Part shown: one piece after another, positions 37,701 to 50,802 of the stretch
Layout: every line of letters starts with the position of its first letter
Position numbering within the stretch: position 1 is the first letter of the stretch
Assembly (NCBI GenBank): GCA_043228905.1
Contig: JBHGNT010000003.1
Span: 18,414,001 to 18,478,000 of the forward strand
Direction: 5' to 3'
Length of the DNA stretch: 64,000 nucleotides
From: Azolla caroliniana
Taxonomy: Eukaryota > Plantae > Polypodiophyta
Translations under genes and position numbers: made by a program
The notes under the pieces: model-generated
The model's input: only the letters and a program-made list of their open reading frames with translations
The model's database searches: none
Told to the model about the DNA's origin: nothing

Positions 37701-38899
37701 CGTAGAGCTCAACCTTCCAGGTGGCTCTACATTGGTACTACATAATGTCTGACATGCACCTGAGCTCTCAAGACCTTTGATCTCAGTCGGACAATTGGAT
37801 GAAGACGGCATCCGTGTTGGCTTCTCATCAGGAGGGTGGACACTCCACAGGGGGAACCTCGTGCTTGCTCGAGGACTGAAAGTACACTCAATGTAGCCGT
37901 TATACGTCACACTCAAAGAGAGTGGCATGTTCCTGGTTGACATTCCCATGTCATCACTATGGCATGAATGACTTGGACACCTCATCAAGGCCAACATCAC
38001 GCATTTATCCAGAGTCGAATACATCCCTAAACTCTCCTTTTCGTATTATTAGTTTTGTGAGCATTGCTAGTACGGCAAACAAATCACGACCTCACACCCG
38101 ATGGCAACACCGAGAGAATCGAGTCCACTCGATTTGGTCCACTCGAACATCTGTGGCCCTATGCCACATCAGTCTCTCGGTGGCGCTCTATACTTTGTCA
38201 GCTTTATTGACGACTCAACTCGGAAGGTGTGGGGTTATCCGATCAAAACCAAAGATCGCGTGTTCTCGATCTTTTCCGATTGGCTCGCTATGGTTGAGAA
38301 TTAGTCCGGCCAAAAACTGAAATGCTTCCAAATCGAGAATGGAGGAGATTTCAAATCTGAAGAATCCGTCAGATTCTATCGCCAATGTGGCATACAATGT
38401 GAATATACGACACCCTATAGTCCGGAGTAGAACGGAATTGCCGAGAGGATGAATCAGACAATTCAAGAAAGGATAGTTTCCATGCTCCAACACTCCGGAC
38501 TGTCGAATGGCTTCTGGGCGGAGGCCCTACTTACAGCAGTACACATAATCAATATGTCGCCGAGTAGGCCTCTAGGACCTTGGATACCTTAGGAATTATG
38601 GACTTGCAGTAAGCCGAATTACGACAAATTGAGGATTTTCGGGTGCGAGGCGTACGCCCTCATTACGAAGGGCGATCACCGAAAACTCAAACCACGGTCC
38701 AGGAAATGTCTTTTCCTAGGTTATGGACCAGATCGCGAAATCAGATACCAACCCTGGGACCCCGAGCATAGACAAATCGTTCGAAGTTCTAATTTAATAC
38801 ACTAAACTCTAAACAATGTCTTAGAATCATGATGCACACGTAGAAATACCTTTTGTCTAGTCTACATATGGAAGTGTCAAATAAAACTGCATTCTATCT

Positions 38900-39320
38900 C
38901 AACTCTTTAGGATGTATATTAACATCGATCATCGATGTATGATTGGAGTTTTTAAATGCAAACTCCAAATTTGGGAAATAACATTCCCATTTTGTTGGCT
39001 TGACAACAACATATGCTTGAAGCATGTCCACAATGACTTGATTTACCCATTATGTCTATCCATCGACTTGAGGATGATCCTTGGAAATCATGGTCAATTT
39101 AGCGTTTGAAAGACTTATGCTCAAAAGTCACTAGTAAACCTTGAATTGTAACCACTCACAATATCCACTGGTAACCCATAAAAAGAAATAAATCATCAAC
39201 GAATTGGAAAGCCAATTAGGAAGTGGTTATCATGGTTTTAATTGCAATAAACCTGACCATTTCAATTAGTTTATCAATGAATATCCAAATGGCATCATGA
39301 CCTTTTTGGGTAGGGGGAAG
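38900..39320 (-). mobile_element. Gypsy integrase core remnant
   Basis: The reverse strand reads YGLPVDIVSGYNSRFTSDF...HPQVDG.T..VNQVIVDMLQAYV...W...EFAFKNS, with stops and frameshifts. Confidence 0.7.
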
Positions 39321-39326
39321 GCTAAC

Positions 39327-42240
39327 TATTGAGAATCAAACCCAACTTCCCCAATGAAATGGCTTTCACACTAGGCTAGTTTTGTAAATTGCAAAAGGGC
39401 AGTTGCCCTAGGCTAATTGGTATTTAAACCAACCTTTTGTAACTTAGTTACTGTTGGATGTAAATTTATCTTTTTCTAATATAGAGTCTCGTTCTAAGCT
39501 CTCTCTCTCTCTCTGCTTGACTTATGTACACACACACACACAACTCACTTCCACCGCACAGCATCACCTACGCCTCCCATTTCTTTACATGGTATCAGAG
39601 TGTGTGGTTTTTTCATTGAGCTTGTTCGACGTTGTTGTGTCTCTCGCCTACGGTCAAAATAGAATCGGCTCAGCCCTAGAGAAGAAAAACACCACCATGA
39701 ACACTAAGATGGGAAGTGCTCTTCCTCTAAAGAAGCTTGATAGGACAAACTTCGCATCTTGGGAATACAAGATGCATCAATACCTTGTCAACCAAGGTTA
39801 TTGGAGCTACATCGAAGGAGCTCACGAAAACCAACCCCACCCAACACATGTCAACTACCCAGGATGGGAGCAAGCAGCCAGTCGTGTGTTGTACTGTCTA
39901 ACATCATGCATTCATGACCACATGCTCGACTATATTCGAGAGGCAAAAACACCTAAAGAAGCTTGCAGCAACCTAAAGAAGATTTTCGCGGCCAACACAA
40001 CTACACGCAAGCTTCAACTCCGTCAGGAGTTGAACAATATTCATCAAAGGGATATGTCGATCACCAGCTATACTTTGAAGATCAAGGACATGTGCGACAC
40101 CCTCAGATCGATCAATATCATCATCCACAATGATGAAATGGTGCAAATATTCCTCGGCGGCTTAGCACCATGATTTGGCACGATCAGATCGACTATCCTT
40201 GCAAGAGAGAATCCTCCCTCATTTTTCGACCTGCGGTCGATATTGTTGGTCAAGGAAAACCATGTCTGATCAAGGAGCAATGCACTAGATGGCCAAATGC
40301 TCTACTCCCAGTTAGACAAGGGAAGTGGATTTAGCTGAGGAAACAGAGGTCGATTTGGACGAGGTCGACATAATCAGCCGACCCGAGAACACAACTCTCA
40401 TCATTGGTAGGAGGCCAGTAACACACAAAGGAAGTTTGGTAGAAAGGGGGAGTCATCCTGCCAGATCAAGTCGCCAAAACAGCCCGATCGAATGCGGGTA
40501 CTATGGAAAACTCGGTCACTTTGAAGAAGAGTGTCAAAAGAAGAAACGAGAGTCGGCTTCGACCAACCAACAACTCACGAACTATGCCACAAATTCTGAT
40601 TATGAAGATCATGGCGGAATGTTTGTAATAAAGCATAAAGCATACTCGATGTCGACATAGGGTCCGACTAGCACCTCTTCTTCAGAAAATGTATGGTTTG
40701 TAGACTCTAGAGCATCCAATCACATGATGTCTCACGAAGATTGGTTAAGAGAGTTGAGAAAGCCCAATCGACTCGACTATGTCGAAATTGGAGATGACAC
40801 AACTCACCCAATTTAGCATATCATAAATGTCCCATTCGGGAACAACGACAAACAAACCTAGCTCAAGAATGTCTTGCATATCCCAACCATCACAAAAAAT
40901 CTGGTCTCAGTCGGCCAGATAGTAGAACAAGGCATGCAAGTGCGGTTCAACAATGAAGGGAGGGTGCTTCATTGAAAAGGACGATCGACTCATAGCCCAC
41001 AGTCCACAAGAAGGCCAAATGTTCATCCTTGAGTCAAACGAGGTAAAGTCAGCCATGTTTGCAAAGGCCTCAAAGTCGACACCGATTTGAAATTGTGGCA
41101 CAAGAGAATCGGCCACATCAATCTCCAGAAGCTCCAAAATATGCAATCGAAAGGAGTCATTATCGAACTCCTAAATTTTATCGAAAGAGAGAGCATTGGC
41201 ATATGTGAGGCATGTCAATTCGGCAAACAATGCCAACATCCATTCCCAACAAAGAGGAATCTAAGCAAAGGAGTCTTGGATGTAATCCACTCTGACGTAT
41301 GGGGACCAGCACAGACAACCACATTCGGCGGATGCCGATATTATGTCATGTTCATCGATGACTTCTCCAGACACACCTGGATTAGTTGGGATCGTGACCG
41401 GTCACAACTAGTTTCTAGCTTGTATATGCAGATGCAAAGATCAAGAGCACAATGTACAGATAGACAAAAAATGAAAATACAGAAAGCGAGATACAGAGAT
41501 ACAAGATTTAACGTGGAAACCCAAATCGGGAAAAAACCACGTGGAGTCCACGAACTCCAAAAAAAGATCACTATATGTAGAGAGGAAATACAACAAGAAA
41601 CTCAGAGGCGACGACCTCGAGATCTTCTTCACCAACGATCGGCTGCAGTGTTACACTCTCACTCTCTCTCTCACGCACACAGTTACAGAGGCAACTAACT
41701 AGATCTAACTTTTTCAACAATGATCAACTACTTTCCCCACACCACATAAATTTTGCCCTAGTTGTATATATACTTATGCAACTTTATGGCTATTTACATA
41801 CATAGCCCACATGGGGCACATTTCGACTATTTACAAATATAGTCTCCTGAGTTGGATATATCCTCGATTTCGATTTCGGCCGAGGCTGAATTACTCATCA
41901 ACTTGGCTCTTCTCTTCCCATCCGGCGGGACCTGTTTCCCAACAGGATCTACCTTATGTGACAGAAAAAGAGAAGTGTTCGGTCACTTCCAAAAATTTAA
42001 GAATGAAGTCGAAAAGCCATAGGTCAGCATGTATGATGCCTTCGATCAGACGGAGGCAAGGAGTACTTCTCAGATGAATTCACAACTTATCTCTGAAAGG
42101 AAGGAATTCGACGAGAATTCTCCTATCGACACACACCTTAGCAAAATAGAGTTGCCGAACGAAAGAATCATCACCTAGTAGAGGTGGCAAGGGCAATGAT
42201 GAACGAGAAACATATACCGAAATCATACTAGACTGAAGTA
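39327..42240 (+). mobile_element. Copia element, 3'-truncated (same family as 28544-31971 and 43757-49547)
   Basis: The LTR is about 39327-39589, followed by PBS TGGTATCAGAG at 39590. Peptides: gag MGSALPLKKLDRTNFASWEYKMHQYL, zinc knuckle, protease WFVDSRAS, LWHKRIGH and integrase. It is interrupted by a solo LTR at 41384. Confidence 0.9.
41384..41944 (-). mobile_element. Solo Copia LTR inserted in the integrase of the 39327 element
   Basis: Ends are (A)GTTGGGA...TCCCAACA with a 5-bp TSD GGATT/GGATC. The host frame FSRHTWI|YLM rejoins across it. It carries the Copia-type LTR motif TTAACGTGGAAA...AAAACCACG. Confidence 0.85.
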
Positions 42241-43756
42241 AGATCCAGATCCGTACCATTTTGTACCTTGCCGGTTGGTGCATGTACCATTTTGTAGCAG
42301 AATCGGATGCCTATAAAAAGGATCTGGATTGTATGTATTAAGTGCGAGTAATATAATCTTTGTTGTCTATCTTGCGTACTTGCCATATGTACTTCCATGT
42401 TTTAATCTTACGTTGTTGTGAAGAAAACTGGCCATGGGCGGAATCGGAGAAAAAGGCGCACGGGTGGACGCGAGAATTGATATTTTGTACATAATTCGTA
42501 ATTAGGTCGGCAGATGTAAATACTAGGTAGTACACATTCATTAGGGGATTTGTGCGTATCTCTGTCGAAAGGGACAAGGAATAAAGCGGTTTTGACTAGG
42601 CAGAAAGGGGGACCCCCCCCCCCCTTTTTTTTGGCGAACTATTTAAGGAGGGAGAGGAGGGAAGGGGATCGCGCGTTGGCAAGGACGGAGGGTTGCTACA
42701 GATCTGAGTGTCGAGCTCTCTCTTCTCCTCCGATCGTCGGTCTTTGTGAGTGTCAGGAGTTCGCTGCCTCTGCTTTGTGGACAGCCCGTGTGCTTCCAGC
42801 AGAGGCTCTCCCCTTTTTGTTTCTCTGAGTCGAGTGTGTTCTGTCTGTGTGCGTGAGTAGGATCCTCGTGTCGGGTCCATCGCCGCCTTGCCGGTTGTAT
42901 TCATCAGAGTTTGCAATCTCTGGATATTGTAATCGACTGTTACTATAATTAAGTGTGCAATTTCTTTCTCTTTCCTTCTCCCTTCTGCGTATCTGCGAAC
43001 CTTCTCTTCTCTTCTCTTCTCTTCTCTCTCTCTCTCTCTCGCTCCTCGGTTCAAGGCCCCCGTGGCCCCGCTTGTTTCTACACGCACGCGCATAACAACG
43101 CGATAACGCGTTGTCGTGAAGATTCCGGGCCATGTGAGAAACCGGGGAATGTCGGAAGAATCGGCGGGGTGGAGCATGTGCACTCACCCTTGTAAAAATG
43201 TGTGAACAAATAGGAGTGCCTTTATGGCGCCGAGTAGGAGTTAATTTGGGACAGAGAATCCCATGTAAGTCGAGATTTATCCCACACAGTCACGCGACCC
43301 TCACCTTGTTCTATAATAGGGAGGGTGTGCCCCTTGTAAAAGGGTTCCCCTTCGTGGGTTCCATTTTGGTGTTAATAAACTTTTGTGCATAACGTCGATT
43401 CTATCTTCTCTTCATCTTGGGGTGAGTTGTCTCTATTCTCTGTTAGGGTTTTAGTGTCATCTGTGTGCGTGCGTGGGTGGTGTGTTCAGTTGTGGCAGGC
43501 GGCGCGCGGACTGTCTACGCCTTTCGTGAGTTCCTGCTTTTTGGCTTCTTAGCACTCCACGGTCCGGTATGTGTGTGTGTGTGTGGGTGTTGGCTTCTAT
43601 CGATCGTGACGAGCCCGCGCGCTAGTTGGTTCGTTGGTAAGTTTCCCTCCTTGGCGTGCAAGACCCAACTTGAGTTGGTGAGCTCGTGCGCTCCCTATAG
43701 GCAGCTTGGCAACAGGAGGTGGTCGTTCTAGAAGAGGCATGCCCTGCACGAGGGTC

Positions 43757-46700
43757 TGTAAAAAGTAACGTGCGGAAGCAAGTATGAAGACCGAATAGAA
43801 GGAAGAAAACTCAGGTTTAATGGAGAGCTTGAGCTTACGCAGTATACGCGAGAGAGACAGAGAGAGAACACAAGGACTATATTGAACAATAATACTCAGT
43901 CTATACATAAGACGTGCTCAGTGAACATTTTTATACAAGTCCTAGAAGGACTAACCAAAGTACTGACAGTACTTCAATGCTCATCAAGAGCTCCTACACT
44001 AACTCCCAAATATATTCCTCACGGAATATCTTTCCTAACGACCTCCCCATGTACGCACTCGGCCTAACTGATCGGTCCCAACCGATCCGGTTCTCGGTTT
44101 CTTCAACCGAACCGGCCGATGTTGAGCTTGTCTCTCAACACTCCCCCTCAAGCTCAACTCGAGGCTCTTCGGGATCCTCGGGCTCACAGCTCTGGTTCCT
44201 CCTGGCTTCACTCCTCGCTCGCACTCCTCGACCTGTTCGACTCCGCGCGCTTTGACCCTTCCGGTCGGCTCGTCTGCTCATGCGGCCCTTATCAGCTCTT
44301 CTGTTGTTGCGGTGTCAACACTTCTTCTGCTGCCTTTTCTTCCGCTTGGGCTTCGGTTGATTCAACGTGTCTGAATCAAACATCCGAACCGACTCGGCTA
44401 CCTCTGATCGGTTTTCGCTCTCGTCCGAGTTGGCTGTCTCCAACTCGTCTTCGGTCTTCTCGCCTTCGATGGCGTCATCTTCCCCATGCGTGGCTGGCTT
44501 CGGCTCTCGCCTTTGGTTGCTCCCCTTCTGTCTGCTTCCGAACTTTTCCGCGGGTCCGCCCTCGGCTTCTTCAGCCGATCCAATGTCGAACTTGTGAACC
44601 GACTCGGTGTCGCGGTGTCCGCTCCTTTCCTGCTGCCTTGCTTGGTCGTTCGGGACTGTTCTCCCCCTCAAGTTCGGCACGTCAAGGTGACGCAACCCGA
44701 GCGCACCTGAGAATTACCACAACTTGTCCAGACCAAGAGGCTTGGTGAAGATGTCGGCAGCCTGCCGATCCCTCGGAATGTACTGAAGTTCGACTTCACC
44801 GGAAAGGACACGCTCACGGACGAAATGGTAGTGCACCTCAATGTGCTTGGTCCGTGCGTGGAAGACAGGGTTCTTCGCGAGTTGGATGCTGCTGAGGTTG
44901 TCGCAGTAGATCGTCGTTGGATCGGTCACCTCCTCTTGCAGGTCCTTAAGTAGCCGCTTCAACCATATGGCTTCACATGTCGCGACAGCCGCTCCTCAGT
45001 ACTCAGCTTCGGTGCTCGACAGAGCAACTGTCGGCTGCTTCTTACTGCACCACGCGATCGCGGCATTCCCGAGGGAGAACGCGTATCCAGACGTGGATCG
45101 GCGATCGACAGCGTTCCCAGCCCAATCAGCATCGGTGTAGCCGACTAACTGCACGGTTGCATCGGTCCGATATAGCAGTCCGCGGTCCTTAGTGCCGCTT
45201 ACGTACCGAAGTACACGTTGCGCACACTGAAGGTGCTCCTCGGTAGGTCGCGCCATGAACTGACTGATCACTCCGACCGGATAACTGAGGTCGGGTCGGG
45301 TGATGGTCAAGTATATGAGGCTACCGACAATTTGTCGGAACCTCATCGGATCACATACCTTTCCCGTATCGGGACGAAGCTTGACGGTTCTGTCTAGAGG
45401 AGTCAAGATGGACTTACAGTCGGCCATCCCGAGTTTGAAGAGCATACTCAGCATGTAATGACGTTGGCTGATCAATTTGTCGGAACCTCATCGGATCACA
45501 TACCTTTCCCGTATCGGGACGAAGCTTGACGGTTCTGTCTAGAGGAGTCAAGATGGACTTACAGTCGGCCATCCCGAGTTTGAAGAGCATACTCAGCATG
45601 TAATGACGTTGGCTGATCAATATGCCTTCGGGGGTACGGATCACTTCGATCCCGAGGAAGTAATGAAGGTCCCCCAGATCCTTCATGTCGAACGATGCCG
45701 CAAGCTGGAGCTTCACGTGGTCGATTTCACCTAGGTCGGCACCGGTGATGACCAAGTCATCAACATACAGTAAAATACTAACCAGTCCGAGTCGACCTTT
45801 CCGGATGAACAGGGAAGAGTCCGATTTTGACGTGACGAAGCCCAACCGACGCAGTTGTTGCGTGATCTTCGCGTTCCAAGCACGTGGGGCTTGCTTCAGT
45901 CCGTAAAGGGACTTCTTCAGTCGGCATATTGTCGAGGAGTTCGTTCCAGAGTGAAATCCGGGGGGTTGTACCATGTACACTTGTTCCTCAAGGTCACCAT
46001 TCTTTACATCCATCTGATGTAAGTGCCACCCCTTCGCCGCAACTACTGCAAGCAAAACACGGACGGTCGTCATTTTCGCGACCGGCGCAAACGTCTCATC
46101 GTAGTTGATGCCGTGTTTCTACGCGTAGCCCTTTGCCACTAACCGAGCCTTGTACCGGTTGACCGAGCCATCGGTGTTGTACTTGACCTTGTACACCCAC
46201 CTACACCCAATCGGTTTTACCCCTGTTGGTGCGTCAACCAGATCCCATGTCTCGTTCTCCGCCAATGCGTGCATCTCTTCCTCCATCGTGGCGCGCCAAT
46301 TTCCATCCTTCGCCGCTTCTGCGTAGCTCTCCGGCTCACGCACTTCCGCTACACGGGTCATGTACGCATAATGATGCGCCATGTACTCGTTGTATCCAAA
46401 CCGCAAAACAAGATTCTTCTGGCGGGTAGATCGGCGTAATCTCACATTAGCCGATGTCGAGGCCTTCTCAGTCGACGCAGCCTTCACCTTTAAAGACCCG
46501 TCACCGGTTCCCTCGGAGTCGGCCTCGTGTCGGTCTGACTCGTTCCTTTCCGTGCCGGAATCCGACACCTTCTTCTTCCCTTTCTCTTTGCGCGTAAGCC
46601 GTCTCCTCGGCCTCCTGCACGGGGAATGCACGGCCAAGTCTCCACTACTCGCCAGCTCTTCATCGGACTAGTTGTACCGACTCAGTCGTCCAATCGGTCC

Positions 46701-49547
46701 ACTTAAACAGAGCGAAATCGGACTCTTTTCACGGGTCTCGATTTCGGGCTCATCCGAAGGCATCTCGGCCTCGCTGACCTCATCGTCAGAGCTTGGATTG
46801 GAGTCGAGGTTCGTAGTCGGGGGCAGGTACCAGGACGCAGACTCGTCAAACACAACGTCGCGGCTAACACGCGCTTGTTTGGTGCGAGGGTTATAGCACT
46901 TATAACCCTTCTACTCGTCCGAGTAACCGACCAAGATGCATTTCTCGGCCTTTGTGTCCAGCTTCCTCCTTTTCTCCTTCGGTACATGCACATACGCAAT
47001 GCTACCGAACACCCTCAAGTGTCGCAAGTTTGACTTCGTTTCGAAATATAGCTCGTGCGCTGACACTTTGTCTCCGATTCGGTTCTGGATGTATACCGCG
47101 GTCCTTACCGCCTTGGCCCAGTAGAACTTGGGCAAGCTCTTCTCCTCCAACATTGCCCGTGCCGTTTCCACAACTGACCGATTCTTTCTCTCGGCCACGC
47201 CGTTCTGCTCTGGCGTGTATCTACAACTGAATTCGCGGGGAATTCCCATTTGTTGTAGGTAACCGTTGAATTGACCGGAAAAGTACTCTTTCCCACCATC
47301 TGACCGCAGGCACTTGATCTTTCGTCCCGTTTCGGCTTCCACGAACCCTTTGAGGTCCCGAAAACAGTCGAAGACTTCGCTCTTCCTCTCAATGAGGTAG
47401 ATTCACGTGTGCCGCGTGTGGTCGTCGATGAAGGAGACGAAATATCGGCTCCCGCCAAGACTAACGTTTTGTGCCGGCCCCCATACATCGGAGTGTATAA
47501 GGTCGAGCTTGTTCCGGCTCCGGTTTCGCTCGTTGGGGAAAGGAAGTCGGTGTTGCTTCCCGAGTTGGCAGGCTTCACAAATTTGTGCCTTTCGGCCACT
47601 AAATTTGAGCAATCCGAACACTACCTGTTTCGATTGCAAATCTTGAAGCCGTTGGTAGTTCACATGGCCTATCCGCTTGTGCCACAAGTCGATGTCCGAC
47701 TCAGTCTTTTGTCCCTTCGCGAACATTGCGGTGCCTCCGTCAGTGGAGCCGAGGATGAACATCCTCCCGTCTTTGCGCCCTTGCGCAATCACACGGCCTT
47801 CTTCCTCAATGAAGCACCCGAGGTGTGTAAACCGAACCTCCATCCCTTGGTCGACGATCTGTCCGACCGAGACCAGGTTTTTTGTGATTGTCGGAACGTG
47901 CAGCACGTTCATGAGTTTCCCTTTCTACCCGACATGGCTAAGGGGAACTTCTCTGACATTCGTGATCGGATGCGGAGTGTCGTCTCCTGTTGCGACTACT
48001 CCAGGTTGTATCGGTTTTTCAAGGTGCGAGAACCACTCCTTATGGCTCGTCATGTGGTTTGACGTGCCGGAGTCTACGTACCACACCTTGTCCGATCTCC
48101 GGGTGGTCTGTTTCATTGAGTTTGCTTCATGTCTCATCACGAAGGCAGGCCCTTCTCCGACTCTCCCGGAGTCTTCGGCGTAGTGCGATCGTTGCCGATT
48201 TCCCTTGTCGGTATGTCTAGAGCCGTTTCCAGAACCAGTTCTCTCCGAATCGGTGCGCTTCTTCCAACACTCACTTTCCCTGTGGCCTTTCTTGCCACAA
48301 TACCAGCACTCTGCGATGTTCCCTTGCCGGTTCTCATCGCTTCAACTCCCCCTGTTTCCGGAGGGTCCGGAGTTGCTGTCGGCATCACTTCGATGCCTTC
48401 TTCCTTGATCTCGTCGGCCGCTTCCATTGCGTACCGACTCGCCTCGTCCGCCACGACCACGGGGCCTTTCTCCCTCCGTGTACAACATCTTGCTGTCGGT
48501 GTGCGTGCTCGTCGACACACCCGCGTGGTTCTCCTCTACCAAGAGCATCAATTGTAAGTCGAAAAAGGACGACGTATTCTCCTGGGTACACACAGCCGTT
48601 CGGAACGCTCCGAACTTCGATGCCAAACCTCCGAGACAGATCTGGACCATCTCGCTCTCCTCGATGTTCACCTTTATGGAGGTGAGGGAGTCGCAGATAT
48701 CCTTGATCTTCGAGGTATAGTCTGCCACCGACAAGTCGCATTGTCGTAGGTTGCTCAACTCCTGTCGAAGCTGAAGCTTCCTGGCTGTGGTGCTCGCGGT
48801 GAAAATCTTCTTCAGATTTTCCCACGCACCCTTCGATGTCTTTGCATCCCGAACATAGCTCAATAGCTGTTCGCCCAGACACGACGCGAAGCAGTACAAC
48901 ACCCTGCTCGCCGATTGCTCCCACGACAGGAAGTCTCTGTGTGTCGATTCGGGTGCCGCGTCATTAGCTCCTTCAACATAACTCCAGTAGATGTGCCCGA
49001 GGAGGTACTGGTGCATCTTGTAGGACCAAGACGCGTAGTTGGTTCTGTCGAGCTTCTCTGTTGGAAGCGAGCTCGCCATGCCTCTATATATCGTTCTTCT
49101 TGTTCTTCTTCGTCAAGCTGTGTTGGCTGTAGAGAGGTTCTCAACCCTCGCGCTCTGATACCATGTAAAAAGTAATGTGCGGAAGCAAGTATGAAGACCG
49201 AACAGAAGGAAGAAAACTCAAGTTTAATGGAGAGCTTGAGCTTACGCAGTATACGCGAGAGAGACAGAGAGAGAACACAAGGACTATATTCAACAATAAT
49301 ACTCAGTTTGTACATAAGACGTGCTCAGTGAACATTTTTATACAAGTCCTAGAAGGACTGACCGAAGTACTGACAGTACTTCAATGCTCATCAAGAGCTC
49401 CTACACTAACTCCCAAATATATTCCTCACGAAATATCTTTCCTAACGACCTCCCGGTGTACGCACTCGACCTAACCGATCGGTCCCAACCGATCCGGTCC
49501 TCGACTTCTTCAGCCGAACCGGCCGATGTTGAGCTTGTCTCTCAACA
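43757..49547 (-). mobile_element. Full-length Copia LTR retrotransposon (5791 bp), inactivated
   Basis: Two 384-bp LTRs lie at 43757-44140 and 49164-49547 (about 17 substitutions by eye). TSD is GGGTC/GGGTC, PBS TGGTATCAGAGC at 49163-49152, PPT AGCTTGAGGGGGAG. Gag-PR-INT-RT-RH runs from 49079 to about 44315 with stops and frameshifts. Confidence 0.97.
45328..45621. repeat. 145-bp tandem duplication inside the Copia RT (frameshifting)
   Basis: CAATTTGTCGGAACCTCATCGG occurs at 45328 and 45473, with CAAT microhomology at the junction. Confidence 0.92.
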
Positions 49548-50120
49548 GGGTCCCGTCGCGCGACTGAGCCTGGGAGCTCCTTGACCGACCCTAGGATGTA
49601 GGCTCCCTCTTCATCTCCGTGTGGAACTAGCGTCGCGTATGTGTGTGTGTGTGTTTCGGGTAAGCGTAGGGTCCGAGAGCAGGTGCGTGCGTGGTCGCCA
49701 ATGTAGAGGTGCCAGTTGTAACCGCTTATGCGTGTGTGTGTGTGTGTGTGTGTGTGTTTCGGGTAAGCGTAGGGTCCGAGAGCGGGTGCGTGCGTGGTCG
49801 CCGGTGTAGAGGTGCCGGTTGTAACCAGGTGTGTATATGTGTGTGTGCGTGTGTGTGTGCGCGGGCACGGTTAACCGGGTCGTGTCCCGTGCCTCTTTTG
49901 GGCCCCTTGTACATATGGGTGGAAGGGGCGGCAAGGACGAGGGTGCGCTCTCTCACTTCCCGTGCGGTTACTGATCGCGTCCGGAGAGTATCTGGGAGTG
50001 AACCGGTCGGCAACGCGGCAAGCTCCGGAGGATTCGGGTTACCTACAACTCCTCCCCTCCTGGACCATGACCTCAGTGGTCCCGCCCAGATCCGACATGC
50101 AAGCGCGGAATACCGCGACA

Positions 50121-50757
50121 ACGTGTCAATCTATAGTCGGATTTTGTGTATGTGTTCCGGAACGTAACCAGATAAGTTATAATTATATGTGGGCATTAAT
50201 CCATCCCTCCAACCACAACTTTAGGGAAAGTATTCCGGAAGGGGGATATCTAGTGTTTGTAGCTAAGCTCTAGCCTAGGATTAACAATATGTTTATATGA
50301 TGCTTAAATGTTGTAGTAGATATGCACAAACCCTAAGCTATCAAAGAAAAACCTCAAACAAAAGAAGGAAGCATGAACCATTGTCTATAAACCATTTATA
50401 AGCACAAAACTTCAATGAAATTTTTGTACTTCCATGTTTTAATCTTACGTGTGTCAATCTATAGTCGGATTTTGTGTATGTGTTCCGGAAAGTAACCGGA
50501 TAAGTTATAATTATATGTGGGCATTAATCCATCCATCCAACCATAGCTTTGGGAAAAGTATTCTGGAAGGGAGATACCTAGAATTTGTATTTAAGGTCTA
50601 GCCCAGGATTAACAATATGTTTATATGATGCTTAAATGTTGTAGTAGATATGCACAAACCCTAAGCTATCAAAGAAAAACCTCAAACAAAAGAAGGAAGC
50701 ATGAACCATAGTCTATAAACCATTTATAAGCACAAAACTTGAATGAAATTTTTGTAT
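50121..50757. repeat. Approximately 328-bp tandem duplication
   Basis: GTGTCAATCTATAGTCGGATTTTGTG...ATGAAATTTTTGTA occurs at 50123 and 50451. Confidence 0.92.
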
Positions 50758-50802
50758 GGATCCACCCTCTCAATGACAGGGATACAAAAGTTTGTGGTCT
50801 TC

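Larger units (their letters stand above)
31972..38790 (+). mobile_element. Copia (Tnt1/Tork-like) element, 3'-truncated, interrupted by a chromovirus
   Basis: The 5' LTR is 31972-32281 (TGTTG...CAACA), followed by the tRNA-iMet PBS TGGTATTAGAGC at 32284. Gag RKFDGSNFNFWKDHMQDYL...KIYLI breaks at about 33290 and resumes as RLYNLRMKE at 36996. A zinc knuckle, protease WHLDSDAS and integrase follow to about 38790. Confidence 0.88.
42414..50120. mobile_element. Approximately 1.9-kb GC-rich solo LTR (probably Gypsy-type) hosting the nested Copia
   Basis: Termini are TGTTGTG...CGCGACA with ACGT on both flanks. The flanks rejoin into a sequence present uninterrupted at 50425-50757. No coding domains were seen. 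Confidence 0.7.

Noticed and set aside
42550-43731. Several 60-195-aa ORFs in the GC-rich solo LTR
   Set aside because: Low-complexity or microsatellite-derived, overlapping in many frames, with no recognisable domain.
44119-49584. Plus-strand ORFs over the Copia element
   Set aside because: Antisense shadows of GC-rich pol and LTR sequence.
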